A stretch of 62,291 nt of DNA, counting the filler, from Chiloscyllium plagiosum (lineage: Eukaryota), in NCBI RefSeq assembly GCF_004010195.1. It is 4 parts of one record of this genome, joined end to end, with 100 filler letters (N's around TTAATTAATTAA, not from the genome) between each part and the next. Parts side by side here need not be neighbours in the genome. Positions count along the whole stretch, not along the records: positions 42,753 to 62,291 come from NC_057714.1; 3 more parts are not named here. One strand, written 5' to 3'. The notes under the pieces were generated by a model that was not told the DNA's origin, ran no database searches, and saw only the letters and a program-made list of their open reading frames with translations. Made by a program: the position numbers and the translations under genes. This document shows positions 48,986 through 62,291 of the stretch, piece after piece. Numbering within the stretch: the stretch's first letter is position 1; every line of letters starts with the position of its first letter.

Positions 48986-50257
48986 CAACCAGGTAGAAAA
49001 ATAGGAGTGTCAGATTCCTGTTCACTTGGAGAACTGGCTCTGATTGAGGACTCTCCACATGTAAATAAAGGGAGACTTGATGATGGTTTACCAGCCTCTG
49101 TGGAGTGAGTTCAAAGTCCACTAGAAAATTTCCTCTTGTTTAGCTCATGCCATTCTGGGTAACAAAAAGGAGTCCTGTACACATTTATATCCTTTATCCC
49201 CTTTAACTGTGATTTCTGGATATTTAATTCTGAGTTTGTTGAGATCCCCCACATTTATTATTCTATCATTGTTACTGTGTTCTCTAATATGTTTGCATAT
49301 TTCTATCTTCTTAACACCCTCCCATTCTGTGAGACTCCCGTAGTAAAAACATAATAACAGACATAAATTACTACGAATGCTGGGTTAATCCTTGCTGTTC
49401 CACAAAAGCGGTTCCTTTCAATAATCCACACTAATTCATGCTGGCCTCTTTGCCTTACATTTTTAAAGCTTTGCAAGGGCTTGGTACATTGAGGATTGTC
49501 TTCAGCCTGCAATTTGCAAGTGTCCCTCGTTTCTGAATGTATCTTTTCCTTGGAAGTTATTTGAGTCTCTGTTTTGTTTGCAGTATTGCTTTGGAGCATC
49601 CATTAATGCGGGTTTTACTGTAGATGCGTTTGACCAAGGAAGTTCTTAAAGCACAGCTTTCAGGCCATGACGTTCCTACCTTCTCAAACCTGTCCCTCGC
49701 CGAAGGCATGGTGACCCTCCGGTTTAAAACGCCATCAGTCATCTCTCTCTCTCTCTCTCTCTTGAGAGAGCAGCCCTCTGTTCCTCTGGGGCTATGGCGA
49801 CTTTATCTACTTACTAAAGGACAGTATGCTTCCTTCTGATGCAAGGCATTGTGCAATTTGTTCACAACACGGAATAAAGGGTACAGAAAGGAGGAGCTGT
49901 TTTTACACTGATGTTGTGACTGAGCAAAATAAAAGGCCATCATTCCAGCTAAAAACAAAGGTTTCTAAGGATTTGTGAGCAAGATGCCAAAAGTTTTCTC
50001 TCATCAGAACTTGCTCAATCAAATAAGTAGAATGACAGATTTAAAAAGTTCACTGTATTTTGAGAGCTATTCGTCTTCAGAGAATTATTAAAAAAACAAT
50101 CATTTTCTGTGAAATGTCTCTAACTTTTTTAAACATTTGGGTTTTTGTGTCAAATCATTGACCATGTGATGGGAGAATTTAATGCAAATGTGTCAATAAA
50201 TGTGCTACAAATAGTGACACCCAGTATTTGAACACTCAACTTTCATCTCCATTACAT

Positions 50258-51325
50258 CAATAGACAATAGATGCAGGAGTAGGCCATTTGGCCCATCGAG
50301 CCAGCACCATCCTTCATTATGATCATGGCTGATCATCCAGAATCCGTATCCTGTTCTTGCCTAATCCCCATAACCCTTGATTCCACTATCTTTTAAGAGC
50401 TCTGTCCATCTCTTTCTTGAAAGTATTCAGAGACCTGGCCTCCACTGCCTTCTGGGGCAGAGCATTCCATACACCCACCACTCTCAGGGTGAAGAAGTTT
50501 CTCCTCAATTCTGTTCTAAATAGCTTACCCCTTATTTTAAATGGTGTCCTCTGGTTCTGGATTCACGCATCAGCGGAAACATGCTTCCTGCCTCCTGTGT
50601 TCAAACCTTTTTATAATCTTATACGACTCAATCAGATCCCGTCTCATCCTTCTAAACTCAAGTGTATACAAGCCCAGTCACTCCAATCTTTCAACATATG
50701 ACAGTCCCGTCATTCCGGAAATTGACCTCGTGAACCTACGCTGCATTCCCTCAATAGCCAGAATGTCCTTCCTCAAATTTGGAGACCAAAACTATAGACA
50801 ATACTCCAGGTGCGGTCTCACCAGGCCCTGTACACTTGCAGAAGGACCTCTTTTGCTCCTATATTCAATTTGTCTTGTTCTGAAGGCCAGCATTCCATTA
50901 GCTTTCTTCACTGCCTGCTGAACCTGCACGCTTGCTTTCATTGACTGATGTACAAGAACACCTAGATCTTGTTGTACTTCCCCTTTACTGAACTTGACTC
51001 CATTTAGATAGTAATCTGCCTTCCTGCTCTTGCCACTAATGTGGATAACCACACATTTATCCACATTAAACTGCATCTGCCATGCATCCGTCCACTCACC
51101 TAGCCTGTCCAAGTCCCTCTGTATTCTCATAACATCCTCCTCACATTTCACCCTGCCATCTAGCTTTGTGTCATCAGCAAATTTGCTAACATTAATGATA
51201 TAGATGAAAGTATTAAAAGTAATGTATATTGTAAACAGCTGTGGGCCCAGCACCGAACCTTGTGGTACCCCACTGGTCACCACTTGCCATTCTGAAAGGG
51301 ACCCGTTTATCACTGCTCTTTGCTT
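50258..51325 (-). mobile_element. CR1 LINE RT and 3' fragment
   Basis: SGVPQGSVLGPQLF, KFADDTKL, WQMQFNVDKC and LVRPHLEY. Confidence 0.9.
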
Positions 51326-51829
51326 CTGGTCAATGTTAAACCTTCATTGCCATCATATCTCAATATTTTGCACTCTCGATTTAAATATATCCTGGCAAAA
51401 TGCAAAGAAAAATTTACTCCGTCCTCACTAAACACATTAACCTTTAATCAATGCATCAGATAGTGTATTGCAGCCAAAAGATTATAATAATCCTCAATCC
51501 AATTAGCCTTGTCACATTCTGACTGCCATATTGTTGCAGTTACCTGAAATGTTATTTTAGGGATTAGCCTCCACTCATACACTGATATCCACTCATTTCT
51601 TTTTCCCAAAGAACCTTGGCAGTTGGAAGACAGAGAATCATTACACCATTTGGAAAGAATGGACATGAAGGTACTAACACTAAACCAGTACAAATGTACA
51701 ATTCACATGAATATTTGAAGAAAAGGATGACAAATTAACTCAAAAACAAAGAAAATCCATTCAGCATCTCCAGCCAACTTCTGGGTCATATTTTGAGCAG
51801 TTAGCTTAGTCATAGAGGTGTACGGCACG

Positions 51830-51985
51830 GAAACAGACCCTTTGGTCCAACTCATCCAAGCCGACCAGATATCCTAACCTAATCTAGTCCTACCTGCCAG
51901 CACCCGGCCCATATCCCTCTAAATTCTCCTTCATTTATCCATCCAGGTGCCTTTTAAATCTTGTAATTGTACTAGCCTCCACCAC
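51830..51985 (-). mobile_element. CR1 LINE 3' end
   Basis: Reverse complement of the 1-164 type 3' UTR. Confidence 0.75.
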
Positions 51986-52681
51986 TTTTTTCAGTTTTGC
52001 AACAATTCCAATACGTATAATCATTGCAGTCAATTCTCTTGCCACCCCAAATGTGTCTTAAATATTCCTTTGTTTTCAACATTTAACTGATTCTCCCTTA
52101 AACTATTACATAATTCTGATGGGAAAGTGTTCAGCTGTCCAATGAATATAGTTCTCTCAGCCTTTATGCGTATGCATGAAAATTGCAAATTTTAAATTCC
52201 TGACATCGTAATGAGCTTCACCCTGTATTCCAATTCTCTGTACTCCAATTCAAATTTGACAAGCAGCAGTCAAATGAGCTTTGTTGCCTTTAGGTGTTAG
52301 TTTGGAAGTCTACCAGTTGGTTTTCCATATTGGACTGCCACCAGCCTGTCTTCACTGCATACTTTCCTACAGTTCTAGATTGGCCTGATAGCCAGTCTCA
52401 TCAACAGAGCTCTAGTCTGATTGTGCTTTTAAATATTGTGCCATCATCAGGGATGCTGTTTCAATTCTGGGATCTCCAGTGAGTGGTGACTTGTTTCGGG
52501 ACTGGCACATGCTAAGATGCAACAGAGAAATGGTAATTAAGGCGATGCAGTGAGATAACTCACTTAGCCTCATGGTGAGAATCATTCCAACAAAAAGGGA
52601 GACTTGGTGACAGTTTACTGGCCTCTGTGGAGTTGGCACACGCTAAGATGCGGTGAAAATCAAACGTGATATGTGATAGAA

Positions 52682-52896
52682 GGGTGGCACGGTGGCTCAG
52701 TGTTTACCACTGTTGCCTCACAGCGCCAGGGACCCGGGTTCAATTCCAGACTTGGGCGACTGTCTGTGTGGAGTTTGCAAGGTCGGGGTAATGTAGAGTA
52801 ATAGGGAAGGGGAATAGGTCTGGGTGGGTAACTCTTTGGAGGGTCACTGTGGACTTGTTCGGCCGAAGGGCTTGTTTCATCACTGTAGGGATTCTA
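52682..52896 (+). mobile_element. HE1-type V-SINE with internal deletion
   Basis: Head and tail present, V domain truncated. Confidence 0.8.
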
Positions 52897-53631
52897 GGAT
52901 TAAACAAGGTTCACAATAAGCCAAAGAAAACTGGAAAATTTACTCCAATGTTTTACCTAAATTCCTTGTTCCTGAGCTGTTGTTTATAACCAAAATCTTG
53001 ATCCAAAATTCTATTTGTCTTTTAGTAAAGAATGACTTCCATTTACATTAAGTCTATGAGGGCCTCAGGGCATCCCAAAGTTGAATGAAGTACATGTTAA
53101 AATATAGCTACATTGTAGGCAACATAACAGCAAGCTCCCATGCAATTAATAACAATTATGATCATCAGATTTTTAATTTGTTCATTCATGGGCTCACTGG
53201 CTAGCCCAGCATTTCTTGCCCAGAGGGCAGTCAAGATTCAACAAGACTACTGTGTCTGAAGTCACATGTAGGCAAGACCAGGCAAGAATGGCAATTTCCT
53301 TCCTGAAAAGACATGTGTGAACCAGGTTAGTTTGTCCACAACAATCTATTCTTATTTCCAGATTTTAAAAAAAACTGAAATCAAATTCCACCATTCGTCT
53401 TGGTAGGAGTCCAGGTCCCTAGAACATTATCTGGGTTTCTGGATTAATAGTCAAGTGATAGTCTTGTGGTATTATCACCTTCCCTCTGTCATTGCAGCTT
53501 TGGTTGAGGTTTACATATTCATTAGAAATCCCTTGAGAAATTCCCTACATGTTTATACCTGAAATTTACTCTAGAATTTCCATGTTACCTTTCATTTCAT
53601 TTATTGAGCATGCGTATCAACTGTGTTTAGA

Positions 53632-53873
53632 TGGTTGGTGTAGCTCAATTGCCTGAATAGCCAGGTAGTGATGTAGTGGTAACAACAGCCTGGGTTCAGC
53701 TCCTGTACCAGCTGAGGTTACCACAGAGGATTCTCTTTCTCAACCTTCACTCCCCCACCCCACCTGAGGCTTGGTTACCCTCAGATTAAACCACCCACCA
53801 CCAGTCATCTCTCTCACTCTCAATCCAATGAGAAAGCCGCCCTATGGTCAGGTGAGACTGGTGATTTTACCTT
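53632..53873 (+). mobile_element. SINE-like repeat (third family)
   Basis: tagctcaattg / gggttcagctcc Pol III-like boxes; body shared with 49600-49810. Confidence 0.5.
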
Positions 53874-54649
53874 TTTCAACCATAGGCTTAATTTTCAGTT
53901 CATGTACCTTCTTTGAGATTTCCATCCACACAAGTTGATGTTACCTATCAACTTTGATGCTTCACTTCTTTATATGGTCAGCAAGACTTGTTCATAAATA
54001 TAAAGAACATTAGCCCTCTAGTCACTGATCTCTACAAAGTTCGCTTCTCAAGATAAGACTATCTAAGTTGCAACATCTTCAATTAAATTAAATCCATGTT
54101 CTGCACTCGTGAAATTCATCTTATTAAGTACATGAAGTTGATGTTTGGAACATTCACCGCATTGTCAACACCCACCAGATATTTTCCACCCCCAATTTTG
54201 TTTTAAAACCAGGCGTATTAGACACGATCTGTCTTTCATCAACTGACAATGGTTCCAGATTACTGTCTATACTTTTGTAAATGTATTTCCTCTGCTTCCA
54301 TCATTAGTAACACAATGAAAATACTCAAGCTTTGAAGGTGGTGCAGAATCTGTGAGGCTGCCAACAACCCACAAAGCTGATATCTATGATCTGAGAATTA
54401 AATATTTCCTTCAGCTTAACAGAAAACCTCATACAGACACACAAAACTAAACAGCACTCAAAATGTCAAGCTGAATATGAATTCAGCTCTGCGTGACTTT
54501 AATTTTGAGGGATCTTGTTTATTGCTGTTTCCATTGCTCTAATATGAGCAATCTCTCGAAATGTCTCTGACTCCCCCATCTCCTATAAGACATTACTTAA
54601 GAAAAGTAAGCACTTTGACCAAGGATTAGCTACCCACCACCTCCTTGCA

Positions 54650-54774
54650 GAAAGGGCAGACTGCAGATGCTGGAGATCAGAGTCAAGAGTGTGATGCTGG
54701 AAAAGCACAGCAGGTCAGGCAACATCTGAGGAGCAAGAGAATCGACGGCTCAGGCAAGAGCCCTTCATCAGGAG
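54650..54774 (-). mobile_element. PLE pLTR insert with 15-bp TSD
   Basis: TSD cac(c/t)acctcctt(g/a)ca at 54635-54649 and 54775-54789. Confidence 0.7.
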
Positions 54775-55010
54775 CACTACCTCCTTACAAGGCATGGAGC
54801 ATGGACTGCCTGCTAACAGTCTTGTGAGGTTCCTTGAGATAATGCTGCATTAAACATGATTTATAAATGCAAGCAATTTTAATTAAAAAGGTCTGTGTTG
54901 CCCTATTTATCCCAGAAACATCTGAATTTATCTGGCTGAGGCTGGGCAACACAGAATGTAACAAGTACCAAAGTCATTTTTATCTTGGTCTGGACAGTTT
55001 AGTGCAACAC

Positions 55011-55465
55011 GGTCACCCCTCAGCCTCCGACGCTCCAGGGAAAACAGCCCCAGCCTGTTCAGCCTCTCCCTATAGCTCAAATCCTCCAACCCTGGCAACA
55101 TCCTTGTGAATCTTTTCTGAATCCTTTCAAGTTTCACAACATCTTTCCGATTGGAAGGAGACCAGAACTGCACGCAATATTCCAACAGTGGCCTAACCAA
55201 TGTTCTGTATAGCTGCAACATGACCTCCCAACTCCTGTACTCAATACACTGACCAATACCAAACGCCGCCTTCACTATCCTATCTACCTGCGAGGCTGGT
55301 ACAATTGCAACATTTAAGAGGCATTTGGATGGGTGAATGAATTGGAAGGGTTTGGAGGAATATGAGCCGGGTGCTGGCAGGTGGGACTAGATTGGGTTGG
55401 GATATCTGGAAGGCATGGATGGGTTGGTCCGAAGGGTCTGTTTCCGTGCTGTACATTTCTATGAT
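55011..55465. mobile_element. CR1 LINE with 5' inversion
   Basis: 55011-55293 is minus-strand ORF2 (LVRPLLEYCVQFWSP...RRLRGD); 55292-55465 is the plus-strand 3' end. Confidence 0.8.
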
Positions 55466-56172
55466 TTGTTACATGAAGTTAGCACGTGAGAAATGTTGAC
55501 AATGATGAGAAACCAAGCAAGTTCTTCTTGGAGGGAAGAAAGCTGATGGAGATTTGATAGAAGTTTCCAAAACAATGAGCGGGTTAAATAGAGTGGACAG
55601 GGAAAAGTGGTTCCTGCTTGTAAAAGGAACAAAAATGAGATGGTGTAGATTTGAAGTGATCTATAAATGAAGCAAGAGTGATGTGAGAAACAAACGTTTT
55701 GGCAGAACAAGTTGTTATGGTGATGAAGGCATCCAAAAGGGATAATGGATGATTATTTGGAGAGTAACTGTGTGCAGGGATATGGGGAAAACTCAAGAGA
55801 ATGGCACTAGGTAATGATGCTGCTTTGATGAGCGGGTGTAGGCATGATGGGCCAAATGGCCTTCACCCGCACAACAACAATTCTGTGCCTCTGTGATACC
55901 ACTGTGCTATCTGGATGGATGGATGGATGCATTGGTTGGGAAAGGAACATCAGCTTGTTTTAGGAGGTAGACCAATGACTCAAAGCAGGATGCATAGTGG
56001 CACCACTGTCTAACAGTTCCAGGGACCCGGGTTTTGATTCTTGCCTCAGGTGACTCTCTGTGGAGTTTGCACATTTTATCGGTGTCTGTGTGAGTTTTGT
56101 CTGGGTGCTCCAGTGTCCTCCCACTGTCCAAAGATGTACAGGTTAAGTGGATTGACCATGCTAAATTGCCCG

Positions 56173-58108
56173 ACAGATAATAGACAATAGGTGCAGGAGT
56201 AGACCATTCTGCCCTTCGAGCCCGCACCACCATTCAATATGATCATGGCTGATCATCCTTAATCAGTATCCTGTTCCTGCCTTATTCCCATAACCCTTGA
56301 TTCCACAATCCTTGAGAGCTCTATCCAACTCTTTCATAAATGAATCCAGAGACTGGGCCTCCACTGCCCTCTGGGGCAGAGCATTCCACACAACCACCAC
56401 TCTCTGGGTGAAGAGGTTTCTCCTCATCTCTGTCCTAAATGGTCTACCCCGTACTTTTAAGTTGTGTCCTCTGGTTCGGCACTCACCCATCAGCGGAAAC
56501 ATGTTTCCTGCTCCAGAGTGTCCAATCCTTTAATAATTTTATANNNNNNNNNNNNNNNNNNNNNNNNNNNNNNNNNNNNNNNNNNNNNNNNNNNNNNNNN
56601 NNNNNNNNNNNNNNNNNNNNNNNNNNNNNNNNNNNNNNNNNNNNNNNNNNNNNNNNNNNNNNNNNNNNNNNNNNNNNNNNNNNNNNNNNNNNNNNNNNNN
56701 NNNNNNNNNNNNNNNNNNNNNNNNNNNNNNNNNNNNNNNNNNNNNNNNNNNNNNNNNNNNNNNNNNNNNNNNNNNNNNNNNNNNNNNNNNNNNNNNNNNN
56801 NNNNNNNNNNNNNNNNNNNNNNNNNNNNNNNNNNNNNNNNNNNNNNNNNNNNNNNNNNNNNNNNNNNNNNNNNNNNNNNNNNNNNNNNNNNNNNNNNNNN
56901 NNNNNNNNNNNNNNNNNNNNNNNNNNNNNNNNNNNNNNNNNNNNNNNNNNNNNNNNNNNNNNNNNNNNNNNNNNNNNNNNNNNNNNNNNNNNNNNNNNNN
57001 NNNNNNNNNNNNNNNNNNNNNNNNNNNNNNNNNNNNNNNNNNNNNNNNNNNNNNNNNNNNNNNNNNNNNNNNNNNNNNNNNNAGAGTTACATCCTCAAAA
57101 AATTCAAGAAGATTAGTCAAGCATGATTTCCCCTTCATAAATCCATGCTGACTCTGATCTATCCTGTTGCTGCTATCCAGATGTGTCGTAATTTCATCCT
57201 TTATAATAGACTCCAGCATCTTTCCCACCACTGAGGTCAGACTAACTGACTAACTATAATTTCCTGCTTTCTCTCTCCCACCTTTCTTAAAAAGTGGTAC
57301 AACATTAGCCACCCTCCAATCCGCAGGAACTAATCCCGAATCTATCGAACTCTGGAAAATAATCACCAACGCATCCACGATTTCTCGAGCCACCTCCTTC
57401 AGTACCCTGGGATGTAGACCATAAGGCCCCGGGGACTTATCAACCTTCAGACCTAACAGTCTCTCCAACACCAATTCCTGGCAAATATAAATTCCCTTCA
57501 GTTCAGGTCCTTCAGCCACTGTTACATCAGGGAGATTGCTTGTGTCTTCCCCAGTGAACACAGATCTGAAGTACCAATTTAATTCTTCTGCCATTTCTTT
57601 GTTCCCAGTAAAATATTCCCCTGTTTCTGTCTTCAAGGGCCCAGTTTTAGTCTTACCCAGTTTTTTGCCTTTCACATACGTAAAAAATCTTTTACTATCC
57701 TCCTTTGTTATTGGCCAGTTTATCTTCGTACCTCATTTTTTCTCTGCGTATTTCCTTCTTATTAATCCTCTGTTCTTTAAAAGCTTCCCAGTCCTCCATT
57801 TTCCCACTTATCTTTGCTATGTTATACTTTCTCTCTTTTAACTTTATATGTTTCTTAACTTCCCTCGTCAGCCACGGCCATCCATGCCTCCTCCTAGGAT
57901 CTTTCTTCCTTTTTGGAATGAACTGATCCTGCAATGTCTGCATTATACACAGAAATATCTGCTATTGTTCCTCCACTGTCATCCCTGCAAAGGTATTGCA
58001 CCATTGAACTTTGGCCAGCTTCTCCCTCATAGCTCCATAGTTCCCTTTATTCAACAGAAATATTGTCACTTCCAATTGTACCCTCTCCTTCTCAAATTGC
58101 AGATTAAA
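56173..58108 (-). mobile_element. CR1 LINE (ORF2 and 3' UTR, spanning a gap) inserted in an HE1 SINE
   Basis: PWLT, KSPGPYGLHPRVLKE, DWRVANVVPLFKKG, QHGFMKGKSCLTNLLEFF and FTQRVVVVWNALP; HE1 head at 55995-56172, HE1 tail at 58110-58229. Confidence 0.9.
56544..57082. other. Assembly gap (539 N)
   Basis: Run of N inside a CR1 element. Confidence 0.98.
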
Positions 58109-59156
58109 TTTCCCAGCCATGGGAAATGCAGGATTATGGTGTATGGAGATGGGTCTGGGTGGGATGCTCTTCAGAAAGTTGATGTGGAGACAATGGGTTG
58201 AATGGCCTTCCACACTGTAGGGATTCTGTGACACAGTAAAGCATGGAGTCCAACAAGTCTGATATCTTAACACTTCATTAGCCTCAACGTGCTCTGGGTA
58301 TCTTCAGTTAATAGAAACATAAATGTTTTTCCTACGTAAATTGATCAGCCTCCATCATCCAACTTCCTATTGTATGCCAGCCTTGAATGAGTTGGTTGCA
58401 CTCTCACCTCTGACTCGTAGGCCATCAGTTCAAGTCACACTTAAGGACTTGAACACAAAAATCAAAGCTGATGCTGCAATGCATTACTGATGGAGAGCTT
58501 TACTTTTGGAAATTCTGGCCTTTGGGGATGAGATTATTAAACTGAGCTACAGCACTGACATCTACCTAACAACACTGAACATTGCTAAGGTATGTATTGT
58601 CCACATAAAACAGGCCAAGTCAATCCGCACACATTACTACCTCAGCAAGCTATTTTCAATCAGCAACAAAATGAAAGAAGGCACTTTGCAGTGAATCCAC
58701 AATAACTTTCTTCACTAATGTGATGTCGTGATGATGGATCAGAACCCAAAAGTACTTATTGAATTCCAACATGTATTTCTTTGAAGAGAGCTGCCGCAAC
58801 CTAAGGATGACTGTGAATATAAACATAGTGATCGTCTGGTAGAAAATCTGGACTCATGGAAAATCACACTTGTACAGATTGAGGGAAAGTTCAGACAGAA
58901 GGATTGACAAGGAAGAGGTGACAGCAAGCTGATTCTCTGTCTCTCTGTCTCTCTCCTTCTTTCCTTCTCTCTCTCACTCTCTCTCTCACACTCTCATTCT
59001 CCCTCACTCTCCCGAAAGCCATCTCCTGCAGAGTAAGCTTTCAGGGATCTACCAGTATTTTTCTCCATTTCCCATTTTTCTCCAAAACCTTCAACATTGT
59101 TTTCTTAAAGACAAGAACAATCATGTGGTGTAAGGTGTGCAATTTACGCTTACAAG

Positions 59157-59490
59157 ATGATCACAGGATTAGATAAGGTAGACAGTGAAAGTCTTTTTCC
59201 TAGGATGATGGCGTCAGCGTGTACGAGGGGGCATAACTACAAATTGAGGGGTGATAGATTTAAGACAGATGTCAGAGGAAAGTTCTTTATGCGGAGAGTG
59301 GTAAGGGCATGGAATGCCCTACCTGCTAATGTAGTCAACTCAGCCACATTAGGGAGATTTAAACAATCCTTAGATAAGCACATGGATGATTTTGGGATAG
59401 TGTAGGGGGACAAGCTGAGAATAGTTCACAGGTCGGCGCAACATTGAGGGCCGAAGGCCTTTTCTGAGCTGTATTGTTCTACGTTCTATT
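59157..59490 (+). mobile_element. CR1 LINE 3' fragment
   Basis: TRGHNYKL and RVVRAWNALP. Confidence 0.85.
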
Positions 59491-59747
59491 TATCTATATC
59501 TTAACATAATTTATTTTAAAGTTTGGATTTCGAACCAATAATATATAAGTTCAATCTTTGTGTTTGAAGCGGTTTAATGATTACTTTCTAAGTAATATCT
59601 GGAACCATTTTGGCATCTTTAAAAAAATAAAAAAGAGAGAGTGACATGCTGTACAGCAATGGGGTTGTCTTTATATTGGGACATTGAACAATGGAAGTAG
59701 TGTAGTGTGTTAGGCTTTCAGACAGAAGATTCTGGAATCTTTTGAAT

Positions 59748-59908
59748 GAAGATTAGAGTGGTGCTGAAAATGCACAGCAGGTCAGGCAGTATCAAAGGAG
59801 CAGGAAAATCCTGATGAAGGGTTCCTGCAATTTTCCTGCTCCTCGGATGCTGCCTGACCTGCTGTGCATTTCCAGCACCACTCTCATCTTAACTCTAATC
59901 TCCAGCAT
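59748..59908. mobile_element. Palindromic PLE pLTR insert
   Basis: agagtggtgctgaaaatgcacagcaggtcaggcag / ctgcctgacctgctgtgcatttccagcaccactct around ctgatgaagggt. Confidence 0.75.
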
Positions 59909-62060
59909 TTTCCATTCCTGAATTTCACCTAATCTTTTGAGTGAGTTTAGGGAACACACATAGTTTGAAAGAATAGCTTTTGGGTTTAAGTTGGGCAATT
60001 TTGCAGAAGTTCTGGCTGAAGCTGGATGCTTAAAACAGCTGCTCCTACGAAAGGGAAGCAGTTTAGGACTCTTCAGAGGTTACCTCAGCGTAAGAAGTGC
60101 TGTTTAAAAGTTCCAGACCATAAGTGATTGGTTAAAGTTAGTTGAAACCTTGAAGGCTTATGATCTGAATGTAAAGTGATAGATAAGTCAAACCCAATGT
60201 GGGGTAGAGAAAGGCATTTTCTCTGATATTTGTTGACAATATTTCGATGCTATTAGGATTAATGTAATTGTACTTTTACAATATATTCTTAAATATGTTT
60301 TATATATAAATAATTTGGCTTATTCCATTTCATCCTTTTCTTGTGTCATGAACTTCTCTTTTGTTGGAGAAACCAAATCAGTGAACACTGTATACTTATG
60401 TTTCAGTAAAAGACCACCTCATTAAAGTTAAAAGACCCATAAACAAAATATGATCTATCAAGCTAGATTTCAGTCTGGGATCTGAGTTGTCCAGTAATAC
60501 CATCATAACAAGTGACTGTTATAAAGGTTTATGAACTCTGGTCGTTCCTTGGTAACATCCAAGTTAATTTACCCTAAAAAAGATAAAGAAGTGCAGATGC
60601 TGGAGATCTAAAATAAAAGCAGAAATTGCTGATAAAATTCAATGGCAGCATCAGGAGAATGCAGAGTTAACATTTCAAGTCTAGTGACTTTTCCTCAGAT
60701 GGTTCATAATCTATCCTGAACCTTTTCTGAATTTCCTGCAATAGGTTGCAATACATTCTTCACCTGTTGCACAACGCTATAGGTTTTGAACATTTCCCCC
60801 TTGTTTGTGGTTTTGTGTCACTGGATACCTTTGACTTACCTTTTTTTTTAATGTATTTGCCAATTTAGGCTACTCTGTGACACTTCTATTCCAATTAATC
60901 ACTACCCAGTCAGACAGGTTGCAGACTCACTCTGAGGGTGAATATGAAATTTCTGCCAAATGAGCAAAGCTGGCTGCTGGTAGCCTCATCTGAGATGGTT
61001 ATCTGTACAAATGTTTGGTGCCACCATTCCCTTTTAGAGCATATTGCTACAGTGGCTCATTCTCTGGCACTGTGGAGAAAGTTGCGAGCATGCACCAATT
61101 AAGCTGAATAGCTGTGCTGTGCATCCTAGGTAGCTGGCAGTAAGACATCTTAAGTCTAAAAGCTCCTGAAGACATGCAGAGGTTGTGAAAGGCATTACAT
61201 TCATGCAAGTCCTCCTTTCTACAAAATAATCAGCAATGTTTAAGATACTTGGCGCTCCTGTTCAAGGCTCACTAGTTGGGATCTGGCACTATGCCTTTAC
61301 ATCTGTCCCTCGTCCCTGATTAAGATTGAGAGAGGTTGCCAGAACAGTGCCCAAGCTATACTTAGGATGAATAAATCACTCTGAAAATTTCACAATTATC
61401 AGAATCATTAGATCGACAGAACAGGCCATATTGCACCTTGAGAAGTTTGACCTAAAGTCTATTACTTTGTCCATAAAATAGACTTATTGTGAACAGCGAA
61501 GTAAATTAATTTGATTTTAAATGTGAGAAGTGCTTTTGATTGATCTATGGACATTAACACTTCTCCCGTGTCAGTCATCAACTTTTACTTAATCTGGTAC
61601 TGTAATTGTCCACCGATAAAAATTTGGCAGTTTGATAACACCATTATAAATAATTAACACCTACTTAATAAAAAAGCGAGAACAATTTTACAGCAATTAG
61701 CTTGCAGGATTCTAAAGAATTGCAAATACTAATTCTGACCAACTCATAAAACTTTGATTAATTCTGCAGTTTGGGATACAGCAATAACTTGTAACAAATA
61801 TTGGTTATTGAACACCCCAAAATGACGTGAAGTTAAACCTTTTGTCCTGAATACTTGTGACTGTCATTGATATTATCAGAATGCCACCCCACCAGTCTAG
61901 TGATGGAAGGTGTCAGCAACAATGTTATCAAGCAGCACCACCTCAGCAATAACCCGCTTAGTGGTGCCCAGTTTGCATTCTTCCAGGGCCACTTAGTTCC
62001 TGACCTCATTACAGCCTTAGTTCAAAAATTGATGAAAAAGTTGAATTCCAGAGGTGAGCG

Positions 62061-62291
62061 GAGAGTCAAGATCAGAGTGGTGCTGGAAAAGCACAGCAGT
62101 TCAGGCAGACATCCGAGGAGCAGGAAAATCGCCATTTCGGGCAAAAGCCCTTCATCAGGAATACAGGCAGAGAGCCTGAAGGGTGGAGAGATGAATGAGA
62201 GGAGGGTGGGGATGGGGAGAAAGTAACATAGAGTACAATAGGTGAGTGGGGGAGGGGATGAAGGTGATAGGTCGGGGGAAGGAGGGGTGAG
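62061..62291 (-). mobile_element. PLE pLTR and 3' UTR, runs off the window
   Basis: Minus strand ctgatgaagggcttttgcccgaaatggc at 62131-62158. Confidence 0.7.

Noticed and set aside
56439..57231. Long ORFs of 220-230 aa
   Set aside because: Mostly translated N gap inside a CR1 element.

Overview
Repeat-dense eukaryotic DNA, by its SINE/LINE content (HE1-type V-SINEs, CR1 LINEs) from a cartilaginous fish, probably a shark (inference). The only host coding sequence I can support is two spliced minus-strand exons (32286-32355 and 29297-29491) of a dipeptidyl-peptidase-like Kv4 accessory subunit gene, best matching DPP6, so most of the window is probably DPP6 intron. The rest is mobile DNA: a 5'-complete but disrupted L1, many CR1 fragments, HE1 and other tRNA-derived SINEs, Tx1 3' ends, solo LTRs, a Tigger-like terminal repeat and numerous Penelope-like element (PLE) pieces. 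The most notable signal is a set of about 20 short PLE-derived inserts from 3-4 sequence families carrying intact or decayed minimal hammerhead ribozyme cores (CTGANGA-stem II-GAAA). Several form long hairpins with a hammerhead on each strand, and many are bounded by 13-15 bp target-site duplications. Hammerheads in PLEs are a known phenomenon; their architecture and activity here are untested. Four assembly gaps are present, three containing an artificial TTAATTAATTAA linker.
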